Shown in pieces: positions 12,201-23,842 of a stretch of DNA of 44,515 nt (the first letter of the stretch is position 1; each line of letters starts with the position of its first letter). The notes beneath the pieces are model-generated. The model was not told the DNA's origin and did no database searches. It was given only the letters and a program-made list of their open reading frames with translations. Source of the stretch: Craspedostauros australis (lineage: Eukaryota); assembly GCA_030167865.1 (NCBI GenBank), contig JALAGF010003490.1, positions 1 to 44,515 of the forward strand, written 5' to 3'. The translations under genes were made by a program, and so were the position numbers.

Positions 12201-14241
12201 GGTGGCCGGCGCACTTGCGCAGCTGCATGACGATGTTGAGGATGGCCGTCCGGCTGCCGGATGAGCCGCGCACGGCGTCGATGTCGCGGATGAGGATGTC
12301 TCTGTAGAGCTTCTTCTGCATGGTGCTCATGCCGCAGAAGAGGATGGTCTCGTGCTTGGGCGGCAGGCTGGTCTCCACCTCCTTCTTGAGGCGTCGCAGC
12401 ATGAACGGCCTGAGAATTTTGTGGAGCTGCGAGATGAGCCTGTTCTTCTCGTCGTCGTCATCGATGTCGAGGTTGAACCACTCGTCGAACTGCTCCGCGC
12501 TGGCGAAGACGTCCGGGACGAGGAAGTTGAGGAGGGCCCATAGTTCGTGCAGCGAGTTCTGAAGCGGGGTTCCCGTGATGAGGATACGGTAGCGCGTCTC
12601 GAATGCCCGGACGGTCTGCGCGAAGGTGGACGCCTCGTTTTTGAGGCGATGCGCCTCGTCGATGATGAGGTAGGTCCAGGCGAACTTGTTGAGGACGTTC
12701 TTCTCTATGTTGCATATCTCGTAGGTGGTGACGATGGCGTTCCATGATCTGTCCTCGTCCCTTTGGCCGGGTGACAGGACGTTGTTGGCTAGGTGCTCGC
12801 GCGTTTCCTTGGTGCCGTGAAACTTGACGGCTTTGAGCGTCGGTGCCCAGCGTGCAATTTCGTTCATCCAGTTGCTGAGCGTGCTCTTGGGGACGACGAT
12901 GAGGTGGGGTCCGGTGTTGTGCTGGTACTCGAGCATGTAGACGAGGATCGAAATGGATTGCAATGTTTTCCCTAGACCCATCTGCAGAAAGGAAAGCAAG
13001 GTGAGAAGGATTTGAAATCAGCGCTCACATTTTGGGCATAAAACGGCAGCCGCAGATGTAATTTGGGGACGGCGGGATGGACGCGGACGATGGCATGGAC
13101 TTACCTCATCGGCTAGGATGCCGTTGACTCCACTCTCCTGCAGGCGGATCATCCAGTTGAGGCCTTCGAGCTGGTAGTTGCGCATCTTTCCGAAGCCCAG
13201 CGTCGTCGGTTGCGTTGTGAGGAAGGTGGCCTGGTGCTCGTCGGCTTCCTCGAGCTCTTCGCGATCTCCGTCGTCTTCGCCCGACGCGTCGCGCCTTGAT
13301 TTCTTGGTTGCCTCGGAGCTGCGGACGCCGTACTTCTGCTTGTCCTGCTGCACGGCACCGAAGTGCGAGAATATATTGCTCTGCTTGAGGAGGAACTCGA
13401 GGCGTTTCTTGGCCTGCGTTGCTTTCTCCTTGCGGAGATCCTCCTGGCGTTCTGCGATGTAGGCGTCCTTTTCGTGTTTTTCTCGTTTTATTTTGTCGCG
13501 ATACTGAATCTGCTTCTGACTCTGCTGCCTCCTTGCTTTGGCCGGCGGCGGCTGCTGTTTCTTCTTCTTCTTCTTGGGTCTCTGCTCCTGCGATTCGTCG
13601 CTGTCGGAGGTCTCGTTCTCGCTCCCCTCCGAGTACTCGTCGCTGCTGTCGTCGCTGGCATCATTGTCGTCGTTGTCGTCATCTTCTTCTTCCTGACTGT
13701 CGCTGTTGTCATTTTCATCGACGTAGTCCTCGTCCTCGTCCTCGGCGTTGCCCTTGACCTTGCTGGATGCGGCGGCCTTGGCTGTGCGCGTGGCCTTGCG
13801 CTTCTCCCTGCGCTCGCGCTTCTTGCCCTGCTTCTGGAACTGGCGTCGCGTCGTGCGCTGCGTCCCGCCATGATCATCGAGCAGGATCATGTCGCGCTCC
13901 CTCTGGATGCGATTTCTGCGCTCCAATGCGGCGACGTCCGCCAGATGCGACTCCTGCGCGAATCTGGCCCTGTCCTCCCGCGCCTGCGCCTCGAACTGCT
14001 GCCTCTCGTCGTCGCCGAGGGTGGTCCAGCGCTCGCGCACGGCGCGCGTGAAGTCCCCGACCTGGAACTTGCCATCGTTCTGCCTTAGGATTTGGCGCTG
14101 GATGTCGTTCTTGACCGATTGCTCGAAGAAGCGATAAGCGGACTTTGCGGGTTGGATCTTCGATTGCGCGCCAGTGTAGTTGGCGGAGGATGACACGTCC
14201 GGTGCCACCGCCACCCACTGCGATCTGTCCTCCTTGGGCAT
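9247..14241 (-). CDS. ISWI: ISWI/SNF2-family ATP-dependent chromatin remodeler with N- and C-terminal HMG boxes; exons 14241-13105, 12981-10504, 10245-9247
   Basis: YQLEGLNW..NGILADE|MGLGKT is joined across a gtaagt..ctgcag intron. DEAH, TGTPLQN, STRAGGLGINL and QAQDRAHRIGQ helicase motifs follow. The HAND-SANT-SLIDE region (EGFDDWNRSHY; DRYLLCWAHK|FGYGQW..IRRSPKFRFDYLLRS) is joined across a gtacgt..ctgcag intron. Confidence 0.93.
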
Positions 14242-14242
14242 T

Positions 14243-14575
14243 GTGTGGGTGTATAGGTGTGTGGGTGGGTGTGGGTGTATAGATGTGTGCACAGATGTGT
14301 TTGTGTTTGTGTGTCTGTGTGTGTGTTGTTGCGTTCGTTATTGTGTTGATTGTTGTATGCGTGTGTTGTGCGTGTTGGAGTGCGTGTTGCGTACCGGCAT
14401 GTACGGGTGTACAGTGTGAGTAGGTGGGCACGAGAGAGTGTTTGTGTGTGGTTTGTTGGATGGAGGTTGCCACACAGACGCCACGCACTGTTTCTGTCGT
14501 AGCGGGTGTTGCTACTGCTTGTGTTTGGGAGAGTGGTGCTGTGCGTTGTGTCGTGTCGTGTTGTGTCGTGTTGCG
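14243..14575. repeat. GT/CA-rich low-complexity simple-repeat tract upstream of the ISWI start
   Basis: Runs of gtgtgt, gtgtttgtgtttgtgtgt and gtgtcgtgtcgtgttgtgtcgtg; these explain the His/Thr- and Val/Cys-rich spurious ORFs here. Confidence 0.7.
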
Positions 14576-16555
14576 TCACTTGGTTTGGAACAGTACGAAT
14601 GCTACCTGGCTCGAACTTTGCGCGGATGAGAGGTCGTGGAGACATGTGCGCGAAAACTCGTTTTGAGTTGTTTGCGTGTAGAATGTCGTGGTTAGGCTAG
14701 AACTCTCGTAAAGTAGGGCTGCTTTGGACTAAACAAAACGCTTTTTTCCTTGTCTCTTCCTCGTTTTCGTTCATCCATGTCGCACATCATGTCGCTCGCA
14801 CGAAACTTCCCATTTATTCGTGGTACACTCGGACATGCTCACACAAGCGTGGAGCAAATCCCACACTCGGACAAAAGTGGGACGGCAACATCGTTCCTGC
14901 AAACCGACGTCCTATTCGAACATACCGGTGAGCGCACTGTCGAGAATCTTTCATCTGGATTCGAGATCGACAGATTCAACAAACAAACCACACTCGCGCC
15001 ATGTTGCGCGCCGCTTGATGCAACATGGCGACAAGTGTGAGAACACCTCCAACTGCTACAGCGGCGATAACAACAATAATGATGGCGGTAGACGACGGTG
15101 CCGAATGTGGATAGATGATGGGCATGATGGGCATGATGGGCACAAATACGACCGCAACGTGTAGACGCAGGACGAGAAGGAAAGAAAGAAACATGATGTG
15201 GCAGATGGAATGCACAAGATCGTGGGGGCCTGGAATGTTGGGACGACAACAACAACGACAACGACACCAATGAAGTATCGCCTATCATTCCTCTTCATGA
15301 CGTTCATGCCTCTACTTTGCCTTTCGACCGCTGCATCATAGTCACCGAACTCTTCGATCTCATCCAACACCAGGCCATCCCCGCAACCAATTTCATTGCA
15401 TTTGCAATAGCAGCGCCATCAACAAAGTCAAGATCACCGCGGCAGCGATGCCAAAATGGGCAAGATGAAATTGTCAAGCATCGTGTGAGCATGGCGAAAA
15501 GTGAAGGCGCTGCAGGCAAGAGCCGTTTTTCACAACTGCATCTCATGCCATTGGATGGTGTTGAAGTGTGCGTGCGCAACAAGGGTGACGACGTAGCCGC
15601 GCACGGAAAATGAAGCATGGTGAGGAGATGGTGGAGTTTCGTTTCGTCCAAGACATCAACACGCACACCCGAGTCGATGGTGATGACAAGCAAGGGTTGA
15701 AGAGTGATGCTGAATGGTTCAAGTATGGTGGTGATCACAGCGGAGAAGAGGGCGAGGAGGAAAAGGAGGATATGGTTGGAGCATGCACGGTGCGATATTG
15801 GAGGCTACCATTCAGTCCCATGAGGTTCAAGTAGAGCAGTTATGAAATGAGGCCGCAGACGCATGGAACATCCAATTATTCTCGTCCTACATCATCGAGA
15901 TGAGCACCACCGCAGCGAGAATGACGCAAACTGAAAAGGCATGCAAGAACTTTCATCACACAAGTGGATGGAGCAGGTTCAAACACTCAATAGAATCGGC
16001 CCGATGCTCTACGTAACAGCGCATCTCTCTCCCTGTTGCAATAGAGCAGCGAAATGCCAACACTATGGACATCCGAGTACGGAAGGAATACTTCCGCTCC
16101 ATTCCATCATCATGACGCATGCATTGCGGAAGTAGCACTGGCAGCGATAGAGTGAGTGATAGCAACAGTGATACTGGTATGAAAAGTAAGAGCAAGACGA
16201 AAAGAAAAGAATTCTCTCTAGAGAAGAGTATTTACTCGGTTTTCAACTGGTACGAGCAGAGAGATGTCGTTGTGGAATGTAATGATCAATGATCGTGATG
16301 GAGTCTAACGCATGGAGCAGTGCATGTCAGCAGCACGCTCTTCAAAAGTGCTCTTACATAGGACACTGCGCCTGGCTCCATCCTTCTTACAACCACGAGT
16401 GCTCCCACTCTCAAAATTCAAAACACAAATATAACAATAGCAGCGTGCTGGATCCCATCGTTGACGTCTGTGTGGCTGGACACCAAGACGCTGCAACTCT
16501 CCGCCGTCCTCATCGATCGCCCAGAGCGACGCTGTCACCATCCGCCACGACCTTC

Positions 16556-18034
16556 CTACTGCCCGGCCTTGCCGTCGGCGCGATGCTTGTCGCTTCCCCG
16601 CGACAATCCCAAGAACCGCTTGACCGTCCGCCTCGCTGCGTACGCCATCTCGTCGACGCGGATGTTCTGGATGGTCTGCACGCGCTTCTTCTGATCGCGC
16701 CGTATCCTCCGCGTGTTGTCCGCGATCTGCATCTGCGACACGCCCAGCGAGCGCAGGAGGACGATGCGTTCCTTGCGCGACACGACGAGATGCCTTGGCG
16801 ACGTGACGCGTTCGCGCGATCGCACCATCTCGAAGTCATCGACCGAGATGATGCCGTGGTTGAATGGCACGTACTCCCAGGACAGCCCAATCGCCGGTCC
16901 GATGCTCACGGAAGGGTTGTAACTGAGCGTGCGTTCGTAGATCCGCAGATGGACCTGGCCGAAGACGACGGATCGTTCCGTCTCTGTCTCCGTGCTGCTG
17001 TTGGTCGTGCTCGTGCTGCTGGTGTTGAGCGCGTTATGCTTGTGGTACGAATCGTCGTCAAAGTCGATGTGTTCGTCGCTGTCGCCCCACAGGCCGCCGC
17101 CCGTCGTCTTTCGGTCGCGCGGGATGTACCGGTTCGAACTTCGCGACGTCGCATGTTGCTGCATGGTCTTGCTGCGCTGGCCTCCTTGTGATGACTGTGA
17201 CTGTGACTGTGGTTGCGACTGCGGTTGTCGCTGAGTATGAGGAGCGAAGTTGTCACCGCTCGTCAGCAGGATCTTCCGTCTCATCGCCCTGGCGCCTTTG
17301 GCGACGTTATCGCCGGCGATCGCGGAATAGCTGCTGATCTCTGATATGACGGAGTAGCAATCCTCCAGGTAGACCTCACCGTGGAACTCCTGCTCCATGC
17401 GGGATCCCAGCTTTCGCAGCATCTTGGAGGTGAGCAGGCGATCGTCTTCGCCGTTGTCGTCGCTCCTGCGGCTTGCCAGGGAGTCCAGTTCACCGAAGAT
17501 GTGATCCCACGCCTCGTACGGGACCTGATCCAGCACCTCCTCCGGGACCTGCCTGAGGAACTCGCGGCGGACCTGCCCCACCGTCATGATAGGTTTCGAC
17601 GAGACTGTGGTCCTGGTATCCATCGATGGTCTGTTGCCTTGGTCGTGGCGATTGAGTTCCGCGTGTTGACTTCGTTGACTGCGCTTGCTGCTGAGGCTGT
17701 AAGTGCCGCTATGATCATCGGAGGGTCCCTCGCCGCCAACTTCCTGGCTGCTGCCTTTGCTGCTGCCCATGCTGCTACCCTTGCTGCTGCGTTCGCTGCT
17801 GCGCTTGTTCCTCTGTTTCGTTGGAGTTGTACTCTTCCTCGTGTTGGTGTTGGTGCTGATGTTGGTGCTGGTGTTGGTGCTGATGTGCTTCTGGTTGTCC
17901 TTCTTATTGTGCTTCTGATTGTGCTTTTGGTTCCCAGTCCTGTTGCCAACCATCCTCTGGTGGCCTGCTTCTCGCTGCGTATCGAAGGCGTGTGGAGACT
18001 GTTGCCTCCAGTTTTGGCGTGGTTGTTCTTGCAT
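16556..18034 (-). CDS. Hypothetical low-complexity protein with a conserved-looking C-terminal domain (VxFxxVxxRxY...NPSVSxGPAIGLxWEY...VDDFE...ERxxLL)
   Basis: Long open frame. The track starts it at a TTG (18157); the first ATG is at 18034 and is preceded by a pyrimidine-rich CAG that could be an acceptor. The C-terminal motif pattern resembles a family I recall as expanded in diatoms. The start is uncertain. Confidence 0.7.
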   Translation of the reverse strand: MQEQPRQNWRQQSPHAFDTQREAGHQRMVGNRTGNQKHNQKHNKKDNQKHISTNTSTNISTNTNTRKSTTPTKQRNKRSSERSSKGSSMGSSKGSSQEVGGEGPSDDHSGTYSLSSKRSQRSQHAELNRHDQGNRPSMDTRTTVSSKPIMTVGQVRREFLRQVPEEVLDQVPYEAWDHIFGELDSLASRRSDDNGEDDRLLTSKMLRKLGSRMEQEFHGEVYLEDCYSVISEISSYSAIAGDNVAKGARAMRRKILLTSGDNFAPHTQRQPQSQPQSQSQSSQGGQRSKTMQQHATSRSSNRYIPRDRKTTGGGLWGDSDEHIDFDDDSYHKHNALNTSSTSTTNSSTETETERSVVFGQVHLRIYERTLSYNPSVSIGPAIGLSWEYVPFNHGIISVDDFEMVRSRERVTSPRHLVVSRKERIVLLRSLGVSQMQIADNTRRIRRDQKKRVQTIQNIRVDEMAYAARRTVKRFLGLSRGSDKHRADGKAGQ

Positions 18035-18619
18035 CTGTTCTCTGAGGAGAGTGAGAGAGAGAGCGAGGCGCGGATACAATGAGGTGAAGTACTGATGCAA
18101 TGGAGGAGGCCCGTTTTGTTGTTGCTGTGTTTGTTGCTGCGTTGGTGCGTTCGCCAACGTTGTTGTGAGTTTGTTACCTCTTATCTGCAGCTCGTATCGT
18201 AAGTATGCCTGCGGGTTGAGCCGATGGTCGCCTTTTGGTTTGCAGAGCGACTCGCTTTGCTGGCTGTGAGGTCAGAACAGAATGCTGAAAGAGTTGTAGG
18301 GCACAACACTCAAAAGGAGAAAACGAATGTTGTGCGAGGAGGTCGCTGGGAACTTGTGTGGTGAAGGTGAGTGGCGGCAATCGTGAGGCAAATGAAGCGC
18401 ACCAACTCTTCACTTCTCGCGGGAGTTCCGTCCGTGTCGAGAGAAGTTCGGCAAGGGAGCCTCAAATGTTTCGGCGTCTTGGGGGCTTCTGTCTTGACAG
18501 TCCTTCCTTTGCCTCAGTGTTCCGCTTGGGCACAAGAACTCCGTGCTCGCAATCTTCCTTTTTTGGTTTGCTGCAGATGTTGCCGCTCATCCAAATTCTG
18601 TGAAGGGCTCCACAAGCTG

Positions 18620-18650
<31 letters not shown>
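18620..18650. repeat. (TC)n/(TG)n dinucleotide microsatellite
   Basis: ctctctctctctctctctctctgtgtgtgt is directly visible. Confidence 0.85.
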
Positions 18651-19694
18651 AGAGAGATTACCCAACGTCCAAGAGTTTGGCGCCATGAACGGTTTCTCTC
18701 TTCTCGGCGCTCCTCTTCATGCGGTGGAGAGTCTGATGTGCTGTACAGTAGCTCGAATAATACTATCGCAATTCAATTGGGTGAAAATGCGGATCTGATC
18801 CAGCTCAATGCTGTTCTGCACAAGCTCTCTTTAGTGGTGTGTGCCCGCATCGGCGCCAGGGGGAGTAGTCACGAGATGATGGCAGTGTGTGTCCACAGGG
18901 TACACGTAATCTACTCGCATGTACTCGTATGCTTTGTAGAGTACAACACAGAGTGCACGAACATGCCCGCGAATGTCCCTGGAACACTGACGCTTCCAGT
19001 CTCGATTTCACTTTCTTGGGCTCGTGTCTCCGAATTCTGTGCAAGGCCTTTGTGTACCACGTCGTATCGTGATGATCAACTCGGTCTTATCCTTGCCAGC
19101 CTTATTTGTCCGGTTCAGTGTTGTGAATGACTGTTCGTCATGTATTCATAAGTGGATTGGATCAATTCGCGCGATTCATAATAACCCTGGCGAATCCTTG
19201 ATCTTTTCGCGACACAAATGGGCGAAGTCATTGCCAGTCCAATAGTTACTCCCCATGGACTCAAAGTACTCTAGCATGCCAACGACAAAGCGCTTGCGGT
19301 CTCGGAGATATTTCATAGGGCGTTTCAGAAATCGATCCAGACAATGGTCACGATTGACCAAATGGATTAAAGCAGCGACCAAAATAAAACGACAATGGAG
19401 GCGTGCTGGAATCCACTCCCGCCAAAAATCAGCTTTCATTCACGACAGCAATCCATCGTCAAACAAGAGACAACACAACAGAGAACATGTTTCACAATGC
19501 ACATCCAGCCCCCATTCTCCAGCGTATCTTCATTTCCATTCCCTTTGATCGTGCCATACGATACATACACATACCATCGCCGACATTCCCACTACTATAC
19601 CTACATTGAGACTCTCCTTCCACACGCGCCATTCTGCTTCATCCATTTGATCTCGCGAAACGCAACCTCATACTCTTCACTTGGAAATCGAACC

Positions 19695-20956
19695 ATGGGA
19701 CCACGAAGCGGAAGCGGATCCAGCTCGAACAGGCTTCCCCGGCCATCGACGCCGCCGGGTGTGCCGCCGCAGGAAAACATGAGGATCAAATCGCAGCTCT
19801 CCTTCGGTGTCGTCTGTTCCAGCAATATCAATCGTTCCATGGAGGCCCATGTCGTTCTGGGCAATGCGGGTGCGTTCGGTCTGCGTGTGTTGCTGCGACG
19901 GCGTTGGAATCATGCTGTTCCACTCTGCACAATTGCTTCTTTGCGCGGATGCGTGCCGTTTGCAGCGGCCATTCACTCGTCGTTTGCTCATCGTTTTCCT
20001 TTCTCACTTGAATTCCTTATTATACATCATTGCGTCTCTTATGATGATCACCACAACACACCACGACGCAACATTCAATTCTATCCGAACCTTCAACAGG
20101 ACTGAGAGTGGAGAGCTATGGCACAGGAACGCAGGTCCGGTAAGCTGACAGTACAGTACTGCAATCAGCACGATGATGATGGTTGCACAACGCGCACGAT
20201 ACGCCATTCATTGCATCATGCATTGCACCATGCATTCGTGCATGCAAGATGATGGCACCTTGCAATCCCATCCGTTGCCCAACTAATCGACTCATCAATC
20301 TACGAACTTTTCTCTCTTCCACACTTCTGTATTCATCCAATCAATCAATCAATCAACCAATCGATGGCGTATTGTATGTATATGTCTCTCTCTCTCTCTC
20401 TCGCGTGCACGCCATTGCTAATTGCAACACATGCTGCAACCACAACAACGTTGAACGCTGCAGATTACCTGGAAAGAACTCCATGGAACCCAAGGTGTTC
20501 AAGTTCGGCACGCCCTACGAGCACATGTACAACAACATGTGCGCCACGCCGGAAGACGAGGCCTTCTTCGCGCGCAACGGTGTATTGCAGCTGTGCAAAC
20601 GCGGTGCCGCCGTCAAACGGGGACCGCAGAGATGGCAGGACATGCCATCCGAGTGGATACGGCAGCATGATGTCGTGATCGCATTTGAAGAGCGTATCTT
20701 TGATGCCGTCGTGGAGGATCTGCAAATACGGGAGCCGACGGTGGACTTTCTGCCGATTCATGTCATTTGTCTGGATACGAAGGATAATCCGCATGAAGCC
20801 AAATTGCAGGGACAGGTGGCGTTGGAGTTGTGCTGGGTGCTGGAGGCTGCCGGCGATCGACTGGCGGACGATGCTGCGGAGATTGTGGACAAGTTCGAAA
20901 GAGAGCGCATGACGCACACGCCCATCAAGGTACTGTATCAGCTATGCTATCTATGA
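19695..20956 (+). CDS. SSU72: RNA polymerase II CTD phosphatase Ssu72; exons 19695-19869, 20100-20139, 20464-20956
   Basis: The catalytic CX5R loop VCSSNINRSMEAH is followed by G|LRVESYGTGTQVR|LPG..PKVFKFGTPY, PQRWQ, FEERIFDAVVEDL and DTKDNPHEA. Two GT..AG introns (gtgcgt..caacag; gtaagc..ctgcag) restore the frame, including a 40-nt middle exon. Confidence 0.93.
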
Positions 20957-23842
20957 TCTTGACACTTACTATGTACAGCAACGACAACAGCAACGGCGTA
21001 TAGTAAGCGGTAACGATTGCGGTACCGCCAAAGACAGTGTTGATGACGGCACGGTTCGGACGACGGTTCGCGACCATGTCCGAGTCCTCAATTGCATGGA
21101 TGCGCCAATGCCAAGTATTGTACCATCAACAGCGGAATGGGCACCCACCAATAGAATGATGCACTTGCGCATCGTGTAGCACACCAGGGTTCTTCTCGTC
21201 CTACTCTATGACATTCCTTCCATGTACAGAGTCTTGCGGACAGCCAACAATGAAACCGTCAATTCCGATGCCAAAATTAAGTTTTTGTGGACGTCATTTG
21301 TTCCAATGCTGCGGACATCAGTGAGTTCGTGTACAAATGAGGTTGATACTCGTGGCAGCTTGTGAGAAAGGAACGAGTGGTCTGAAGAGTACACCATGCC
21401 CGTAACGTAGTTCGGATGTTGTTGGTGATCGATGCGTACTACGTATGTACTCTCCTCTCTACCAATCCTCTCCAACAGAGTACGCGATGGATGCAACGTT
21501 GGATGACGGTGAGAAGTGCGCCCTCCAACGCAACGGAAGGCAGTGGAGTATGGCATGACATGTTCGTGAGTGCCGCACGATAGCAACGATTGTGGTGGTG
21601 GGTTCAACTCATCCCCATTGCATCCGTTTGCTCATCGATTCCTCGAGCACACACATGACATGGAACAGAACTTGAATCATGCTCCAACTCAAGGCACATG
21701 AAGAGGGGCCGTGCTCCTCACCACCAAACTATAATATGTGAGAGATGGGACCACCATCCGAGTGCACATTGCTAACAATACTCTACTATACTCGTGCTCT
21801 ACTAACTATCTTACACACAAATTGGAAGGGACCCAACTGACGAGTCTCCAAGCATGAAAAGTCTTGTGCCGTCGCCTCTCTTTGTTCGTGGCGAGCTTCG
21901 TGAAACGGGAGCAGATGAAGAGGAGAGTGATTCGTGGTGAAGAAGGGAAGGACAACACAAAAGAGACGAGAAGCGGGGCGAGAACCAAAACGAAAGAATG
22001 GCATCGTCGAAGGGACAACGTCCGCTACTGCCAATCATAACAGGAGAGTGCAGAGTGTGCCGAATCAATCAAAGCAGAAGGAAAAGGAGCGATCAGGGCA
22101 GGGGTGAACCAAATCAGAAGGGCACCCCAACCGGCGGATGCGTATGGCGCTCTTCACCGACAGGGGAGGGCGGAAGAAGTTATAGGCGAGACCGAGAGGC
22201 AGCCTGGCCGCTCTGTCGCATTGTTGTGTGTCTGAAACTCGGATCAAGTGACGATGACGAGCCCAAGGGGTGACAACCACGACGGCATTGTACAGACAGA
22301 TAGATCATTGATGCCATGCCATGCTCTCTTGCTCACTCCATGCATCACACCCATCCACCCATCCATCATCTTGGTGTTCGGTGAATGGCGGTTACGTTCA
22401 AATGTGATGGCTATGCTCAACCCACGAAGAGATGGTCCCCCTCAAATCATGCGGATGCCCTGAGGTGATGAGTGGGAAATTTCCAAATTGAAAACGCTCC
22501 TCCCAATCAAAACGACGCTTCGCTTCCTACCTCCACACAAAGAGTGAGAGATTTGTTTTGTGTAGTGTCGCGGTGCGGCGCGGCTTGTGTTGGATAGGGA
22601 TCGGCCGGTCCGCGTTGAGGACATGCCGATTTCCGTTTGTCCCGTGCGTTGTGTGTGTCTCTGCATGTCGGGTGTTGGTTTTGGCGCCGACATCGGCAGG
22701 CGAAAATGTCGTAGGGCATCGAACGGAATGCACGCGTACGAGACGAAGTGGCGAATCAGAGAGTCCCGGCCTATTTACTGCAGCCCTGTTGGGTTGTGAA
22801 CACCGATGAACAGAAAGAACGGCATCAGAACGGATTTCTGCGACGAAAAATGGGAATTTCAACGGAAGTTGGGCTTGTCCGCAGGCGCGGAGTGCGTGCC
22901 ATTTGTCCTTGGTTGTGCTGCGGAAGCTTACGAACCTGCCACGGCGCATCTTGCGTGTCTCGCGGCACGCTCGTCGGGTTTGATTTAGATGGAACGGTTT
23001 AAATCACGGTTTTTAGATAATGGGTTACCATTTGAAGTGCGCGAGACCAGCAAAGACCGCTCGTTTTTCGCGTTTGTGTGTGTGGTTCAACGGACGGCGG
23101 CGACATGGTCCACGATTTGCGCCGCCTCGGTGGTTGGGCGTGTTGACACTCTCTGCGCTGCGAGGACCTTGTGCGCAGCGTTGCACCATGATTTGCCGTT
23201 CAATCGTCAAATTTCGTTGTCGTTGAAATCACGGTTTCGGAAGAAAATTTGGCAGCGATGACGGCAAGTGCGAAACGGCTCAAATGGGGCGAGGCGGCTT
23301 GATGCTCTGGTCCACCGACTCTTCTCCCTGTGCGGCATCACAAACAACACCAGGCATCCATCAAGAGGGGGAGACAACTACTCTGCTCTGCTCTACTCGC
23401 CGAGCACCCACTCAAATACATTCCACAACAAAAGCCAAGCAAAGTCAGGAAAAGTGTAAACGCAACCGCAGGAGAGTATCAACACGCCAACAATCATAAC
23501 TCAACCAGAGGACCAAGAACAGCAGCAGCAGCAGCAGCAGCACGAGCCACCATCAAGGACAACTGCGATCGCATCAGCCCATAGTCTTCATCCGCCCTTC
23601 ACTGCGATCATCGAAAAGAGATCCAAGCTTCTTGCCACCCTCGCCGTTGTTTCTTGCATCCACAGCATCCTCTTGAGTTCCGAGTCCACCGTCATTGACA
23701 ACGATACCATTGCCAGCATTGCTTGAGATTGAGACAATCCAGTTGAGTTGCATAGATTGGGAAGCCATCCAGCACACTACACTTCACTAGAGAGTACCAC
23801 GCAATACACTACACGCAATACACAATACACTATACTTCCACG

